In this document: positions 1 through 9,453 of the stretch, piece after piece
How the letters are laid out: each line of letters starts with the position of its first letter
Position numbering within the stretch: position 1 is the stretch's first letter
IMG/VR virus record: IMGVR_UViG_3300009161_000023
Location: 32,001 to 96,000 of that record
Source: a virus
DNA: 64,000 bases
Strand: one strand, 5' to 3'
Translations under genes and position numbers: made by a program
The notes under the pieces: model-generated
What the model was told of the DNA's origin: nothing
What the model saw: only the letters and a program-made list of their open reading frames with translations
Database searches by the model: none

Positions 1-1
1 T

Positions 2-1375
2 AAAAACAACATTTATACAAGCGGAACTCTTTATAAAGAAATTATACAAGAACAAGAAGATGGTAAGTATTTAGGAGAAACAGTTCAAGTTGTTCCTCAT
101 TTAACAAATAAAATCATTGATAAATTAAAAAGTATTGGCAAAGACAATGATGTTGTATTGGTAGAAATTGGTGGAACAGTAAGTGATATTGAAAGTATGC
201 CTTTTATGGAAGCAATAAGGCAATTTAAGCAAAAAAATTCAAGTGATGTTATTATTGCTTTGTGTGCTCCAATTCTTTGGGTGCCAACTATAAAAGAATT
301 TAAAACAAAGCCTTTGCAACAAGCTGTAAATTACATGCAATCTTGTGGTCTAATGCCAGAAGTATTATTGTGTAGATCAGATAGAGAAATTCCATCAAAG
401 ATATTGGATAAAATTAGTGCTTTTACAAATGTTCCTAAAGATGCAGTTTTTGAAGCTTTAGATGTTAAATCAATATACCAAGTTCCAATTGAATTTTATA
501 ATCGTCATGTAGACGATTTAATTATAGATAAATTTCACTTGCCAAGAAACGGTTTGAGAATTCATAAATATAAAGATTTAGTAGAAAAATATGTTAATTG
601 TGAAGATTTACATTCAGTAAACATTGGTATTTTAGGCAAATATGATAATTGCGATGAAGCTTATTTAAGCTTAAGAGAAGCTATTTTTCACGCTGGCGTA
701 GCAGAGAATGTTAAAGTTAATATTGTTTGGATGTCTGCTCAAGAATTAGAGCAGAATAAAGACTCTAAGTTAGCGTTTAAAATATTTGAAGATCTTGATG
801 GTTTAATTATACCTGGTGGTTTTGATTCTAAAGGGGTAGAAGGAAAAATTAAAGGTATAAATTACGCAAGAAACAAAAAGATTCCATTTTTAGGTATATG
901 CCTTGGTTTACAATGTGCTGTAATTGAATTTGCAAGACATGTTGGCCTTGAAAATGCTAATAGTCAAGAATTCGACATAGAGACAAAAAATCCAGTTGTT
1001 CACTTTATCGCAGGACAAGAAAAACTAAAGAAAAAAGCAGCTACTATGCGATTGGGAGCATACGATTGTGATTTAGTAAAAGATTCTTTGGCATTTGATC
1101 TTTATAAGAAAAAAACAATATCAGAACGCCATAGGCATCGTTATGAAGTAAACGATGCTTTAATTGATGATAGGTTTGAAAAAGAAGGATTTAGAATTAC
1201 TGGTAGACATCCAGAGACTAATTTAGTTGAAATTATTGAGATTGATAGAGAAAAACATCCTTACTTTATAGCTACTCAAGCTCATCCAGAATTCAAGAGT
1301 AGGTTGACTTCTCCTTCTCCTTTGTTTTTAGGATTAATTCAAGCTGCAAAAAAGAAGAGGAACATTAATATATAA
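2..1375 (+). CDS. pyrG: CTP synthase (5'-partial; frame open from window start)
   Basis: YLGETVQVVPH, VEIGGTVSDIESMPF, KTKPLQQ, GATase PGGF, GICLGLQ (catalytic Cys), ERHRHRYEVN, QAHPEF. Confidence 0.96.
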   Translation, partial: KNNIYTSGTLYKEIIQEQEDGKYLGETVQVVPHLTNKIIDKLKSIGKDNDVVLVEIGGTVSDIESMPFMEAIRQFKQKNSSDVIIALCAPILWVPTIKEFKTKPLQQAVNYMQSCGLMPEVLLCRSDREIPSKILDKISAFTNVPKDAVFEALDVKSIYQVPIEFYNRHVDDLIIDKFHLPRNGLRIHKYKDLVEKYVNCEDLHSVNIGILGKYDNCDEAYLSLREAIFHAGVAENVKVNIVWMSAQELEQNKDSKLAFKIFEDLDGLIIPGGFDSKGVEGKIKGINYARNKKIPFLGICLGLQCAVIEFARHVGLENANSQEFDIETKNPVVHFIAGQEKLKKKAATMRLGAYDCDLVKDSLAFDLYKKKTISERHRHRYEVNDALIDDRFEKEGFRITGRHPETNLVEIIEIDREKHPYFIATQAHPEFKSRLTSPSPLFLGLIQAAKKKRNINI

Positions 1376-1378
1376 AAT

Positions 1379-1762
1379 ATGGAAAACTTTAAAGACTTCT
1401 TTTTTTTAGAATCAAAAGAATTTTTCGCTACTCAATGTGGTGACATTTTAAATGCAATTCAAAATTTAGAAGATGAATCTGAACATATTGGCACTAGAAA
1501 TTTAGTAAGATATGGTTCTAATATTGCTAATAGCATTAGAAATTTAATTCATTCTCATTGGACAGATGATCTAGAAGACCATTTGCGAATTTTGCAAAAA
1601 GCAGGTGTTGCAATTTTAAAAGCAATTGAAGAATCTTCTGATTTATTAGAAACTATAAAATCAGCTAGGTTAGCCTTAGATGAATTAGTTAAAAAATTAG
1701 GCATGCCAATCAATGATGTTGGAGTCCCAGAAAAAGAATCAAAATCTAAAGAATCAGAATAA
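1379..1762 (+). CDS. hypothetical protein with capsid-targeting-like N-terminus (MENFKDFFFLE)
   Basis: ORF track; N-terminal motif shared with other ORFs in the window. Confidence 0.6.
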   Translation: MENFKDFFFLESKEFFATQCGDILNAIQNLEDESEHIGTRNLVRYGSNIANSIRNLIHSHWTDDLEDHLRILQKAGVAILKAIEESSDLLETIKSARLALDELVKKLGMPINDVGVPEKESKSKESE

Positions 1763-2550
1763 TGTGTGGATTAGCTGGATTTATTGGAACATCAAAAAAT
1801 AAAGATTTATCTTTTAAATTGATTACATCTATTTTTTTAAATTCTCAAGTTAGAGGAATTGATGCATGTGGATTTTATGCTTGTGCAAATGAAAATACTT
1901 TTTTTCACAAACAAAAAGGAAAAGCAAGCAGTTTAATAGAATCAAATATTTGGAATGATTTAAAACTTCAAGACTTAGATTTATTATTAGCACATACTAG
2001 AAGAACATCGTTAAATTCTGGATCTTCTGAATTTAATATTAACAATCATCCTTTTGTTCTTGATAATTCAGCATTAATACACAATGGAGTTATTCATGAT
2101 TATGAAAAAATAAAAGAATTTATTGAAACTGCTTCTACTTGTGACTCAGAAGTATTATTGAATTTTATCTCTAATTATACCGATAATTATTTTTTAGATA
2201 GATTAGAAAAAATTAAAGAACTTTTATTCTTTATAAGAAACAGCGAGTTTGCTTTTTGTTTATCAGATAAATTAAAAAATTCAAAGAATATATGGCTTGT
2301 TAAAAACGATAAAAGACCATTGTTTTTAATCAATTGTAAAGAAGACTTGAATCAATATTTTTTTCTTTCAACTATTGAAATTTGGCAAGATTCCATAGAA
2401 AAAATAAAAAATATTAATAAACTTTTACCAAATTATAGTATTTTAGAAATACCAAATTATTCAATATTAAACATTTGTTTTGAAAATAATAAATTTAAAG
2501 AAATTTTTTTTAACTATAATACTTTTGATTTTGAAGAAAAATATTATTGA
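1762..2550 (+). CDS. class II (Ntn) glutamine amidotransferase
   Basis: N-terminal MCGLAG nucleophile, RGIDACG, LAHTR, NNHPF, HNGVI, TCDSE. Confidence 0.88.
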   Translation: MCGLAGFIGTSKNKDLSFKLITSIFLNSQVRGIDACGFYACANENTFFHKQKGKASSLIESNIWNDLKLQDLDLLLAHTRRTSLNSGSSEFNINNHPFVLDNSALIHNGVIHDYEKIKEFIETASTCDSEVLLNFISNYTDNYFLDRLEKIKELLFFIRNSEFAFCLSDKLKNSKNIWLVKNDKRPLFLINCKEDLNQYFFLSTIEIWQDSIEKIKNINKLLPNYSILEIPNYSILNICFENNKFKEIFFNYNTFDFEEKYY

Positions 2551-2566
2551 TTAATTAGGAGGATAT

Positions 2567-3100
2567 ATGAATGAAGATTGGGAAAAAGATTATGAAGTTG
2601 ATGATATTTTGAAAAATGAGAAAAAAACAAAAAAAGTAAATGGTAATAGCAAGGGTAAAAGAACTGAAAGATCTTTAGCAAATATATTAAATAAAAGATT
2701 TACTAGTGGTTTTAGTCGTACAGTAGGTTCTGGAAATCGTTGGGCACAAGTAAAAAACTTACCTCAACACGCAAAAGACACTTTGACAGGCGATTTGTGC
2801 TGTCCTGAAGGATTTAAATTTGTAATTGAATCTAAAGGTGGCTATTCAAAGGTTGATTTAAACAACATATTTGATAAGGGAAACTCAGAGTTAGATGAGT
2901 TTATCGAGCAAGTTTCTAAAGATTCAGAAAGATGTGAAAAAAAACCATTGCTGATATGGAAAAAAAATCATAAGCCTTGGCTTGCTTTTGTAAAGAGTCA
3001 AGATTTACAAGGGGACTATAACTACAAGATTATATATAGAGATTGGGTTATTGTACCATTAAAAGAACTTCTTGAATTACCAGATAGTTATTTTTTTTAA
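2567..3100 (+). CDS. Hjc-like PD-(D/E)XK Holliday junction resolvase
   Basis: NSKGKRTERSL..., SG, GDL, VIESKGG motifs typical of archaeal/phage Hjc-type resolvases. Confidence 0.75.
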   Translation: MNEDWEKDYEVDDILKNEKKTKKVNGNSKGKRTERSLANILNKRFTSGFSRTVGSGNRWAQVKNLPQHAKDTLTGDLCCPEGFKFVIESKGGYSKVDLNNIFDKGNSELDEFIEQVSKDSERCEKKPLLIWKKNHKPWLAFVKSQDLQGDYNYKIIYRDWVIVPLKELLELPDSYFF

Positions 3101-3108
3101 TTATAAAA

Positions 3109-3741
3109 ATGAATATAGGAATATTACTAGCTGCTGGCAAAAGATCAAGATTTAATAGTAAAATCCCAAAGCAGCTGTATAAGATTAACGAAAAACCAAT
3201 TATAAGTTATTCATTTGAAGCAATGAAAGATTACTTGGATGATATATTAATTGTTACAAATAGCTCATGTTACAAAAAAATTAAAAGCATTTATCCTAAA
3301 ACAAAAATAGTTATAAACAATAAAGATTGTAGATTTGAATCTTTAAAAATAGCAATTAATAATATTAAAGGAGATGTTGAAAACATTGTAATACATGATG
3401 TAGCTAGACCATACATAAAGTCTAATAATATAAAAGAGCTTTTAGAAAAGTCAAAAACTCATATGTACTCTCAGTACTATTTGAAATTAACAAATGGATT
3501 AGTTGAGAAAAATACCAATGGTTATGATGTTGTGGATAGAAACAAATACATAGAATTGTGTACTCCAAAAATTATTGATTATCATTTGTTTAAATTTTTA
3601 TTTGATAAATATATTTATCCAAAAAACAGGATAACATGTGAAGTGCTTCCTTTAATGAATAAATTTAATATAAAACATTGTCTAATAGAAGGATCAAATA
3701 GATATTTAAGAAAAGTTACAACCGTAGATGATATTTATTAA
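3109..3741 (+). CDS. IspD/TarI-like cytidylyltransferase
   Basis: ILLAAGKRSRF, IPKQL, KPII, IVIHDVARP signature of the IspD family. Confidence 0.85.
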   Translation: MNIGILLAAGKRSRFNSKIPKQLYKINEKPIISYSFEAMKDYLDDILIVTNSSCYKKIKSIYPKTKIVINNKDCRFESLKIAINNIKGDVENIVIHDVARPYIKSNNIKELLEKSKTHMYSQYYLKLTNGLVEKNTNGYDVVDRNKYIELCTPKIIDYHLFKFLFDKYIYPKNRITCEVLPLMNKFNIKHCLIEGSNRYLRKVTTVDDIY

Positions 3742-4477
3742 TAAAAAAATACCAGTAATAATATGGATGTACCACACTGAATTATGGGATGAATTTTTAC
3801 AATTACTTGTTAAAAATAAGAATTATGTATATCCAGTTGTTGGATTGTGTAAGGGCAATGATAATAAAACTATTATAAAATCAATTAAAGAAAATTTTAA
3901 TGAATTTAATATTGATTATTATGATAATTATGGCAAGGACATAGGCCCATTTCTATATCAAATACAAAAAATAGAATCTTCTTTTTTTATAAAGATACAT
4001 TCTAAAAAGTCTAAATTAACTTTTGACGAATCTATTAATTGGAGAGAATTGCTTGTAAACGACCTTTTAGGAGAGGTTCTGTTGTCTAATATAAAAACTT
4101 TAAGTTCAGATAAAATACTCTTACCTTGGAAAAAAATTGGAAATAATGATATTGGATTAATTTCTAATAGAAGATTTATAACAAGCAACCATGAATATAA
4201 AAATAAAGAAAACATAAAACAAATTTGTAATATAATTAATATTGATTATGAAAAACTTAAAAACGGTAGATTTATTAGCGGAACTATGTTCATGAGTAGA
4301 ACTGATATATTTAAGAAATACTTCAACTGTGTTACCTTGCCAAAAATTATAAAATTAATAAAGCCTGAAACAGGCGATGTAAAAGATACAGTATTTGGAA
4401 CATTTACTCATGCACTTGAAAGAATATTTGGATATATCATAACAAATGAAGGAATGAGAATAACTTCTCCTAATTAA
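3728..4477 (+). CDS. rhamnan synthesis F (RgpF)-like glycan protein
   Basis: HTELWDEF, GKDIGPF, KIHSKKS, SGTMFMSR, HALERIFG motifs. Confidence 0.75.
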   Translation: MIFINKKIPVIIWMYHTELWDEFLQLLVKNKNYVYPVVGLCKGNDNKTIIKSIKENFNEFNIDYYDNYGKDIGPFLYQIQKIESSFFIKIHSKKSKLTFDESINWRELLVNDLLGEVLLSNIKTLSSDKILLPWKKIGNNDIGLISNRRFITSNHEYKNKENIKQICNIINIDYEKLKNGRFISGTMFMSRTDIFKKYFNCVTLPKIIKLIKPETGDVKDTVFGTFTHALERIFGYIITNEGMRITSPN

Positions 4478-6218
4478 TTTTAATATTATTTAAAAATGTA
4501 GTAATTAATTGTAATTTATCATTTCTTTCTACAGCTTCAGATAATTTAACATTTAATACATCTAAATATTTAATAAAATTATTTAAATTATTTGTATTGT
4601 CAGCTAAATATTTAAATTCAGCTAATCCATAATCTACAAATGTTATTTTTTCATCTAATACTAATATATTTTGAAGTCTAAATTCTGGATAAAAAATACT
4701 ATTGTTTGTTAATTCATTGAATATATCTTTTATTTGTGTTTTCCAATCTTTAGGCAAGTTAAAATTATCATATAATGATTCTCCACAATAAGACATCTTT
4801 ATTGTTTTGCTTTCTATATCAAAACTTATTAATTTCGGCACACTATTTAAATTTTGTATTTTTTTTAATATGTCTAATTCTTTTTTAAATATATCTAATG
4901 AATTTTCATGACCTTCTGTAATCCATCTTAATTTATCATTATATTTTTTAACTACAATATTATTTTTAGGAAGTAGATAAATATGAGCAGTTGACCCAAA
5001 TCCATAAGCTTTTAATTTTTCGTTAAATTCATCATCTATACTATTATGATATTTGAAATTTTCAATAGTATGTAAAAATATACTTATTAAGTTAACGGAT
5101 TCTGATTCATCTTTAATTCCTTTTTTACTACATTGCAAAAAGAATCTCATGCTTTCTAACATTTCAATATATGCTGGAAAATCAATATATTCATTGATAT
5201 TTATTTCGTAAGTTTCTTTATTTTTATTGTGTTTTTTAAAAGAATCTGGATTATGATGTAGCACATATTCATATAAAATATCATACATTAAATTCAATGA
5301 TATTATTTTATTTCTTTCATCATTATCAGATAAAATATTATCTATGAAAAAACTAAGACTATTTTCTATTTTTTTAATTCTTTCTCTAATTGGTTCGTAG
5401 TGGGGAGAATTAAATATAACATGAAGATTATTCTGTGTATTTGTTGATATGTTTTTTTGATATACAGTTTCTTGAATATTATAAATATTTAATTTTTTGT
5501 GTAAATTAGATATTAAAACATCGACCTGATCTATAATTGGATAAAGATTTTTAAATAATACAGGAATGCATTTGTGATTTATAATGTAAAAATGTGTAGA
5601 GTGAAATTCATCGTCAAATTTATACCAAATATTATTGTATATTTTGTTTTTAGAACAAGCATTTAGCATTACGATATCCCAATCATCTGGTATTTCTTTA
5701 ATGTATTTTTCAATGTTTTCTGTGTTTGCTACAGAGATATCATCTTCTGTTATTATTGTGTAATCTTTGAAATTAATATAACCATATATCATGCTTCTTA
5801 AATGAGAAATGTAACATGCCAAAGGGCCATCTTGAATGTGTATATTATCATCGTTTATTTTTGAAAACTGGTCTATTTTTAATGGCTTTAATTCTATATT
5901 TGGATTAAAATCTGAAAGAAAATGTAAAACAAAAGATAAGTCATTTATTAGTTGTTCTTTGTTTTTCCAATTAGTTGCTTTTAAATGGGAAAAATTATTT
6001 AAAGATATTTTTTTAAATTCATTTATTGTACTTTCATATCTTTTATAATCTTTTTCAAGATTTATCATAATGCAATTCATGTCAATTTTTTTTTTAAACA
6101 AATGCTTTTCTATGATTTCTTTAATGTTAATTTTTTTATCTGATAAATTACTTGCATATTCTTCATATTGGAATCTTTTAACATCTACTCCTATTAATCT
6201 CTTGTCTTTATTATTCAT
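4470..6218 (-). CDS. GT25-family glycosyltransferase fused to a C-terminal protein-kinase-like domain
   Basis: N-half INLEKDYKR, ACYISH, ITEDD, WDIVML; C-half GFGSTAHIY, VVKKY, KELDIL, YPEFRLQNILV, FVDYGLA. Confidence 0.8.
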   Translation of the reverse strand: MNNKDKRLIGVDVKRFQYEEYASNLSDKKINIKEIIEKHLFKKKIDMNCIMINLEKDYKRYESTINEFKKISLNNFSHLKATNWKNKEQLINDLSFVLHFLSDFNPNIELKPLKIDQFSKINDDNIHIQDGPLACYISHLRSMIYGYINFKDYTIITEDDISVANTENIEKYIKEIPDDWDIVMLNACSKNKIYNNIWYKFDDEFHSTHFYIINHKCIPVLFKNLYPIIDQVDVLISNLHKKLNIYNIQETVYQKNISTNTQNNLHVIFNSPHYEPIRERIKKIENSLSFFIDNILSDNDERNKIISLNLMYDILYEYVLHHNPDSFKKHNKNKETYEININEYIDFPAYIEMLESMRFFLQCSKKGIKDESESVNLISIFLHTIENFKYHNSIDDEFNEKLKAYGFGSTAHIYLLPKNNIVVKKYNDKLRWITEGHENSLDIFKKELDILKKIQNLNSVPKLISFDIESKTIKMSYCGESLYDNFNLPKDWKTQIKDIFNELTNNSIFYPEFRLQNILVLDEKITFVDYGLAEFKYLADNTNNLNNFIKYLDVLNVKLSEAVERNDKLQLITTFLNNIKIN

Positions 6219-6220
6219 TT

Positions 6221-6874
6221 TTAATCCTCTTCGTTTAATAATTCATGGGAATTAATTGTTATAACATTGTCCATCCATTCTTCTGCTTTGTGAGAATAAG
6301 GGCTTGATTTAAATTTTTTATTATAATCAGATCCGTAATTCATTTGTAAAAATTTATTAGTATTTTTAGGAATAAATGTTTTTATACCTAAAAAATCTAC
6401 CATTTCAAATGGTAAAAAGTTATTTATATCCCATTCTTTTTTAAAAAATAATATTGATTTATCATTAGATTCATATGCGAATAAATCAACAAATGGCCAG
6501 CAATACTCTTTTCCTTTTAATGCACATTCTTTCCAATATTTAACCCTTGAATTTTCTAATATTTCATTTCCATTTGAATAACAAAATTTTATTGTTTCTT
6601 TTTTGTCTTTGTAGAAAACATTAATGTTATTGTATTTTTTTGAAATATCATAAATTTTTTTAAATATAGTATCGTCTACTAATAAGTCAATATCGTCATC
6701 CCAAGGTATAAAATCATTGTGTCTAACATATCCTAGAAGAGTCCCAGAAATTAAACAATGATTTATTTCAAAATCTTTTAGAACAGCAATAGTTTCTTCT
6801 AATAATTTAATTGCTATTTTTTTATGATTACCAAAGCCATTATTTTCATTAAAGTAATTTTTAAAATTTTCCAT
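6221..6874 (-). CDS. licD: LicD/fukutin-family phosphotransferase (nucleotidyltransferase fold)
   Basis: SGTLLGYVRHNDFIPWDDDIDL hallmark; VDLF; L..NYG.DY tail. Confidence 0.88.
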   Translation of the reverse strand: MENFKNYFNENNGFGNHKKIAIKLLEETIAVLKDFEINHCLISGTLLGYVRHNDFIPWDDDIDLLVDDTIFKKIYDISKKYNNINVFYKDKKETIKFCYSNGNEILENSRVKYWKECALKGKEYCWPFVDLFAYESNDKSILFFKKEWDINNFLPFEMVDFLGIKTFIPKNTNKFLQMNYGSDYNKKFKSSPYSHKAEEWMDNVITINSHELLNEED

Positions 6875-6876
6875 TT

Positions 6877-7617
6877 TTAATTATAAATTTGTAAAGATTG
6901 ACGATCACTAATGTAAATGTTTTCTCCTAGCTCTAATTCAAACCAAACATCATAAATTGCTATTTCTAAATCAGTAGTATCAAGCATATAGTAACCATAT
7001 AATTTTTCACGATAATCCATATTTGCTTTTTCAACTACTAATCTTAAATCCTGTTCGCATGGTAAACAATTGCCAGTTCTCTGCTCAATTGAAATTTTTA
7101 AATCACCTCTAATAGCTAAATTTTCGTAATATCTTTGAAGATCGGTTCCTTTTGGAACATTAGGTGTAATCTGAGCGATTAAATACTGTTTAGAGCCTTT
7201 TCTAAAGCGATTAGGTCTAAATTGAAATGTAAAATCATAAACAACTGGAATTGGTGCTGTGTACCAAAGATCTGGATATGTTTGAAAAATATTTGTTATG
7301 CTTGTAGGTTCTTCACATCCTTCAAAAATAACATTCCATACATCTAAGTAATAGCCAATTGTATAAGTTGGTTCAGATGTTTGTAAGTCTAAAAGATACT
7401 TACCTGTACTTTCCCTGACAACATCTTCCCCATCTATTTTTTGAACTAAATAACTTTGGGTTGGGTTTGAAATATCAGAACTTGGAGATTCAACTTTGTA
7501 AATATCAATATAATTTATAGTTTTTATATTTGCAAAGTTGTTTGAGTTGTAAACAAATAATCTTAATTTTATCTTATCGCCAACAACAGGATTTTGATAT
7601 CTTTCTTTAATAGTCAT
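6877..7617 (-). CDS. hypothetical protein, probably virion structural (beta-rich, two Ig-like halves)
   Basis: Long ORF in the tail operon; alternating beta-strand pattern; no motif assigned. Confidence 0.5.
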   Translation of the reverse strand: MTIKERYQNPVVGDKIKLRLFVYNSNNFANIKTINYIDIYKVESPSSDISNPTQSYLVQKIDGEDVVRESTGKYLLDLQTSEPTYTIGYYLDVWNVIFEGCEEPTSITNIFQTYPDLWYTAPIPVVYDFTFQFRPNRFRKGSKQYLIAQITPNVPKGTDLQRYYENLAIRGDLKISIEQRTGNCLPCEQDLRLVVEKANMDYREKLYGYYMLDTTDLEIAIYDVWFELELGENIYISDRQSLQIYN

Positions 7618-7624
7618 ATATTAT

Positions 7625-7843
7625 TTATCGCTTTTTTTTGCTTTGTTTTTTAACTTCTTCGTTTTCTTTTTCTCTTTGATCGATAAATCTATTAATTAAA
7701 AAAACTCTTTCATTAATAGGTAATCTCATAGTTACAAACCTATCCATGTGAAGATGATACTGGAAAAAGAAAATAACTTCAGCTAGGTTATTCCATAAAA
7801 TTAGGCTTGCGTCTGTTCCTTCTTCCGCCTTGGGAAGAAAAAA
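7625..7843 (-). CDS. gp51-like C-terminal segment reached by -1 frameshift (FFLPKAEEGTDASLILWNNLAEVIFFFQYHLHMDRFVTMRLPINERVFLINRFIDQREKENEEVKKQSKKKR)
   Basis: Manual translation: -1 frame is open from the slippery site to TAA at 7625-7627; no ATG before the conserved-looking core; resembles the T4 gp51 pattern F..QYH.....M...ER......E.EN. Confidence 0.7.
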   Translation of the reverse strand, partial: FFLPKAEEGTDASLILWNNLAEVIFFFQYHLHMDRFVTMRLPINERVFLINRFIDQREKENEEVKKQSKKKR

Positions 7844-8916
7844 CTTGTATCTAGCGGTAGATCAATATCAAATTCAGCTAAACAGCTTGGACATCCCATT
7901 GGAATCTTAGTATCAAGCCCCCAACCTGGGTCGGTTACAATGCCTCTTAAATAAGAAATATCTTGCATTGAAAGGTTTTTAATAATATAAAGAATTTCAT
8001 TTTTATCTTTTACATTTTCAATACTTTCTACAAGTTGAGAAATTCTGTAAGTTAATGTATCATCTGCTGCTTGATCACCATATTTCTTAACTCTTCTTTC
8101 TCGATGATCTTGAATTTCAAATTCATCTTTTCCTAAAGACATTCTATAAGTAAAACTAAAATTACTTTTTGGTAATTTGCCACAAAGATCAGCAGAAGAA
8201 GAAAGATTTTCTGGAGGATTATCAACTGGAATACTATTCAGATCAATACTAGTTGCAAACTTAGAAGAGCATTCAGGACATTTGATTTCTACATCATAAG
8301 CTGGCCCATAACTAATACCACGAAGATAAATAAGCAAAAATGTACGATCAATAGAAAGCAAGCTTTGCGTTTGTGTTTTTTCTTCAATGCATCTTTGGAA
8401 TATCATATCCAAAGCTTGTCCTTTTTTTATAAATCTTGGAGTTGCTAAGATTTGTTCTTCCTCACCTGTCATCGGTCTAATGTGAAGCTTTCCGTTAGTA
8501 GGCCCATCTTCTCCATTATAAAACTTACCTAATGATGGAAGAGTTATTTCTTCATATAAAGAAGATTGATTTTTTAAAGATTCTAATAAATTAGTTAATT
8601 CTAAGCTAGCATTTCTTGGTACAACAAAATTTGGTTTAACAGGATTAACATTTACTCTTGATTGTGTTGAGTTTTCAAAAGAAGCATTTTCTTCATTTTC
8701 TTCTTGCACTCTTTTCAAAGCTTTGGCTACTGCTGGTGGCATATGACCAGAAACCCCAGGTATGTTCATAACATCACTTGGTTTCAAAGGTGCTTTTTTA
8801 TTTGAATCTTCTTTGCTTGAATTTTGTCTCAATGGATGATTTTCTGGTAATGAGTCAAGATCTGATTGATTTAATCCAATAGGTTGATTTTGCTGTCTTA
8901 ATATTTCATCTGCCAT
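7801..8916 (-). CDS. gp26: T4 gp26-like baseplate hub / tail assembly chaperone
   Basis: EEITLPSLG, IRPMTGEEEQIL, IDRTFLLIYLRGISYG, CPECS Zn motif, CPSC. Confidence 0.75.
   Translation of the reverse strand: MADEILRQQNQPIGLNQSDLDSLPENHPLRQNSSKEDSNKKAPLKPSDVMNIPGVSGHMPPAVAKALKRVQEENEENASFENSTQSRVNVNPVKPNFVVPRNASLELTNLLESLKNQSSLYEEITLPSLGKFYNGEDGPTNGKLHIRPMTGEEEQILATPRFIKKGQALDMIFQRCIEEKTQTQSLLSIDRTFLLIYLRGISYGPAYDVEIKCPECSSKFATSIDLNSIPVDNPPENLSSSADLCGKLPKSNFSFTYRMSLGKDEFEIQDHRERRVKKYGDQAADDTLTYRISQLVESIENVKDKNEILYIIKNLSMQDISYLRGIVTDPGWGLDTKIPMGCPSCLAEFDIDLPLDTSFFFPRRKKEQTQA
7837..7843 (-). other. putative -1 ribosomal frameshift heptamer T TTT TTC
   Basis: Minus strand reads AGT TTT TTC in frame 0, exactly X XXY YYZ phasing, 12 codons before the stop. 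Confidence 0.7.
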
Positions 8917-8988
8917 TTTAAATTTGCTCCTGTCTTTACAAAAATATATAATTATTATAATACCAACTAGTTAAAAATTCAAAAAATT

Positions 8989-9354
8989 ATGATTTTTTTA
9001 AATATAAATAATGTAGAAGAAATAATATTCACCGATAAAAAGGTAAGAGAGCTACTACCTGATTATAAATATTTGTTTGATAGTTTTGACTTATCTAAAG
9101 TTAGCACAGGATTAAAACAATTGGGAGTAAGGTGTTTTAATGATTTTTTAAAAAAAGTTTCTCAAGAACAATTAATACAAGTAGAAAATTATTTTAAAAA
9201 CAAGATTAAAGTTGAATCTTTAAATTTAGATTTAATTAAAAATATAAATGGAAATATTGATGAAGTTGAATTTTATTTACCAGAAGTTTATAATAATATA
9301 GATTTGGCTGTTTACAGAAAAAAGGATGAAGTAAAAATAACATTATGGAAATAA
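8989..9354 (+). CDS. hypothetical protein
   Basis: ORF track, fills coding space. Confidence 0.55.
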   Translation: MIFLNINNVEEIIFTDKKVRELLPDYKYLFDSFDLSKVSTGLKQLGVRCFNDFLKKVSQEQLIQVENYFKNKIKVESLNLDLIKNINGNIDEVEFYLPEVYNNIDLAVYRKKDEVKITLWK

Positions 9355-9425
9355 TATACTTTTTATTTGGTTGTTTTGTTTTTGTAGCAATCGTAGAAAA
9401 TCTTTTTCCGAACGAAGAGAAATAA
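9345..9425 (+). CDS. possible 26-aa membrane peptide (MEIIYFLFGCFVFVAIVENLFPNEEK)
   Basis: Manual translation; overlaps the upstream stop; hydrophobic. Confidence 0.3.
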   Translation: MEIIYFLFGCFVFVAIVENLFPNEEK

Positions 9426-9453
9426 ACATATAATTTATTAAGGAGACTTTAAG

